A stretch of DNA of 38,589 nucleotides, taken from Octopus bimaculoides (Eukaryota). The stretch covers positions 62,419,882-62,458,470 of the forward strand of contig NC_068987.1 of assembly GCF_001194135.2 (NCBI RefSeq), read 5' to 3'. The position numbers and the translations under genes are program-made. Of this stretch, positions 35,557-38,589 are shown one piece after another. The notes beneath the pieces were generated by a model. That model was not told the origin of the DNA, ran no database searches, and worked only from the letters and a program-made list of their open reading frames with translations. How positions within the stretch are numbered: position 1 is the first letter of the stretch; each line of letters begins with the position of its first letter.

Positions 35557-35895
35557 NNNNNNNNNNNNNNNNNNNNNNNNNNNNNNNNNNNNNNNNNNNN
35601 NNNNNNNNNNNNNNNNNNNNNNNNNNNNNNNNNNNNNNNNNNNNNNNNNNNNNNNNNNNNNNNNNNNNNNNNNNNNNNNNNNNNNNNNNNNNNNNNNNNN
35701 NNNNNNNNNNNNNNNNNNNNNNNNNNNNNNNNNNNNNNNNNNNNNNNNNNNNNNNNNNNNNNNNNNNNNNNNNNNNNNNNNNNNNNNNNNNNNNNNNNNN
35801 NNNNNNNNNNNNNNNNNNNNNNNNNNNNNNNNNNNNNNNNNNNNNNNNNNNNNNNNNNNNNNNNNNNNNNNNNNNNNNNNNNNNNNNNNNNNNNN

Positions 35896-35927
<32 letters not shown>

Positions 35928-36413
35928 AAATAACAACGAGGAGATGCAAATGCACAATGCGATTTATGTGCATAAACTTAGAGAAGGAAAAGAAGTGAAT
36001 AAAATTTTTCGGTAAAAACACATGAAAGGAAAACACATTTTAAACTCAATTTTTTTGATTCAAAGGTAACATCTCTTACATAAATAGGTGGGTATGATGC
36101 TTAAAAATTCATAAAATGAATTCCGCACAGTGTAAAAATAGCTTGTCTTATCACCGAAAAGATGACTTATTTATTATTATATGCAGAAAATTGAAGTACA
36201 AAGTTCTGTTTTATTCTTTTACATGCTTCAGTCATTTGACTCCAGCCAAGTCCAAAACTTTAATGTTAACTATATTTTATGTGTGCATATGTTTGTATTT
36301 AATCGACTGCAAAACGGACACATATGGAGACACACGTCCACACATATGGAGGTGCACATCAATGCATACAAACACGGTACATAGTTGCAAAACACGAACA
36401 CACACACGCACGC

Positions 36414-36446
<33 letters not shown>

Positions 36447-36689
36447 GACACACACACACACACACTCAGACATGCCCACACAAGGAGACAGAAGTACACA
36501 GACACATAGCACATATACAAACACACACACGCACATGCATAAAAACACACAAACACGGAATGCAAACACATGAATATGCAGAATACATACACTGGGGGGA
36601 AATAAATATTCGTACATGTCAATATTCTTTATTTATTTAATTTCTAATGAACATAAATGGGATATACCAATACTATATTTGCATACACA

Positions 36690-37426
36690 TACATAAACTA
36701 AGAATATGCAAAAGATCGAGGCTTCCTGAGGGCCATACATCCTTGCCTGTGAACGACGGAATGCTTTTCTGAATCCAGTGTTGTATCTGTTTGGAGCTGT
36801 GGGATGGTGTCGACTCCTGTTGGAGGCTTCAAGACGCGCCTTGAAAGTTCTCATTCACTTATGGAAATAGTTCAACTTCCAGAATGGGTGTAAATTTTAA
36901 CACCCGAGTGCACAAAAACACGGGGGACCTTCCAGTGGTTGTCACAGCCGCCCAAACCATAACTGACTGCGGATTTTGACGTCGATTTACGACTCTACCC
37001 TCGACGGTGTCAGATACGCTCCAAAGTCGGTCATTCTGGTGGTTTGTTATCTGTTCGATGTCAAATTTCTTTTCATCAGAAAACACCAGGTTGAGCAGCG
37101 TGCCTTCAGCAATCTGACGCCGGATAACACGACTTCTCTCCATTTTCGTAGCCTTATAAACTTGCGTGAGCTCATGACGGTGGATCATCTTGTATGGGGT
37201 GAATCCTGAGATCCTCTTTCAGCACTCGATACATCGATGTTCGGCTTATTTTTACTGTGGCGGCCAGTTTCCTGACGGAACGACGAGTTTCGCCATACCT
37301 TTTCTCTGGTACTTTTGATTAGCTGAGGAGTCTGCACACTTCTTTTTCAGCCACGTTCAGGTTGATCAGTGGTGTGACCAGTCTCTTGAAATTTCTTGAC
37401 AATTTTCCAGACTGTTGTTCGATTAA
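36690..37426 (-). mobile_element. maT/DD37D-type transposase remnant (5' part lost in gap)
   Basis: NRTTVWKIVKKFQETG, LVFSDEKKFDIEQ..NHQNDR, QNPQSVMVWAAVT..GRSP, then QQES.PSH..WIQK.IPSF..KDVWP. The third catalytic residue region is deleted. Confidence 0.8.
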
Positions 37427-38589
37427 NNNNNNNNNNNNNNNNNNNNNNNNNNNNNNNNNNNNNNNNNNNNNNNNNNNNNNNNNNNNNNNNNNNNNNNNNN
37501 NNNNNNNNNNNNNNNNNNNNNNNNNNNNNNNNNNNNNNNNNNNNNNNNNNNNNNNNNNNNNNNNNNNNNNNNNNNNNNNNNNNNNNNNNNNNNNNNNNNN
37601 NNNNNNNNNNNNNNNNNNNNNNNNNNNNNNNNNNNNNNNNNNNNNNNNNNNNNNNNNNNNNNNNNNNNNNNNNNNNNNNNNNNNNNNNNNNNNNNNNNNN
37701 NNNNNNNNNNNNNNNNNNNNNNNNNNNNNNNNNNNNNNNNNNNNNNNNNNNNNNNNNNNNNNNNNNNNNNNNNNNNNNNNNNNNNNNNNNNNNNNNNNNN
37801 NNNNNNNNNNNNNNNNNNNNNNNNNNNNNNNNNNNNNNNNNNNNNNNNNNNNNNNNNNNNNNNNNNNNNNNNNNNNNNNNNNNNNNNNNNNNNNNNNNNN
37901 NNNNNNNNNNNNNNNNNNNNNNNNNNNNNNNNNNNNNNNNNNNNNNNNNNNNNNNNNNNNNNNNNNNNNNNNNNNNNNNNNNNNNNNNNNNNNNNNNNNN
38001 NNNNNNNNNNNNNNNNNNNNNNNNNNNNNNNNNNNNNNNNNNNNNNNNNNNATATATATATACACACACACATACACACATACATATACATATATCTGCA
38101 TATATACATACATGCACGCACACGTACATACACACATACATACACAGAGGCACACGCACACATATGTGTATGTATGAATGTATGTACATGTTTATGTATG
38201 TACATGTGTGTGGTTGTGTGTGTTTGTGTGTGTGTGTGTGTATACTCATTCAACTGTAAAGTTATATACGTGTCACAGGGGCCACGAGTGTCATGCATTT
38301 GACTTATCAAGGTAAGTTGAAATTATAAATTTACTCTTTAAGTTGAGATGGATTTTCATTTTTTATCGGGAATCTTCGATCAAAAGCTCGTAATTTGAGA
38401 GTAAATGTCAAAATCTGCCATCTGAGTAAAGGGGGGAAGAGAAATATAATAGATTACATAAATACTGCGAAATCAAACATTACAAGTAAATTTTTGAATA
38501 TATACACACTCGTACACAATAAAATACACTACTTAGACATATGTATCAATAATATATACATACATACATATACATATGTATATGTATAT

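Noticed and set aside
561-38310. Long ORFs in the six-frame track that span N runs or translate to YI/CV/HT/S/R/E/K homopolymers
   Set aside because: Artefacts of assembly gaps and microsatellites, with no coding evidence.
38279-38316. Possible plus-strand micro-exon ending in a perfect AAG|GTAAGT donor
   Set aside because: Very short, no recognisable peptide and no supporting neighbours; expected by chance in 38 kb.

Overview
AT-rich, microsatellite-dense animal genomic DNA, most likely intronic or intergenic. About ten assembly gaps fall at roughly 686-1230, 7631-7640, 11.94-12.65 kb, 20.44-21.25 kb, 28.56-29.33 kb, 33.79-34.29 kb, 35.56-35.90 kb and 37.43-38.05 kb. The tRNA-derived SINE families resemble those of octopus/cephalopods (inferred from recall, not from a search). 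No complete protein-coding gene, rRNA, true tRNA or CRISPR array is supported, and nearly all listed ORFs are microsatellite or N-gap artefacts. The window is largely decayed mobile elements: at least three SINE families, an RTE LINE fragment, Penelope-like (PLE) RT and GIY-YIG remnants, five Tc1/mariner/pogo remnants, a Chapaev3-like transposase remnant and a Helitron region. Best observations: (i) a minimal type I hammerhead ribozyme fold (CCGAUGA core variant) at 1394-1439, inside a ~175-bp repeat that recurs, degenerate, at 11.7-11.9 kb; (ii) a 59-bp-arm foldback (7055-7189) directly upstream of a decayed, possibly Gag-like frame; (iii) a mariner derivative with 106-bp inverted repeats; (iv) two phase-compatible candidate exons of an unidentified minus-strand host gene.
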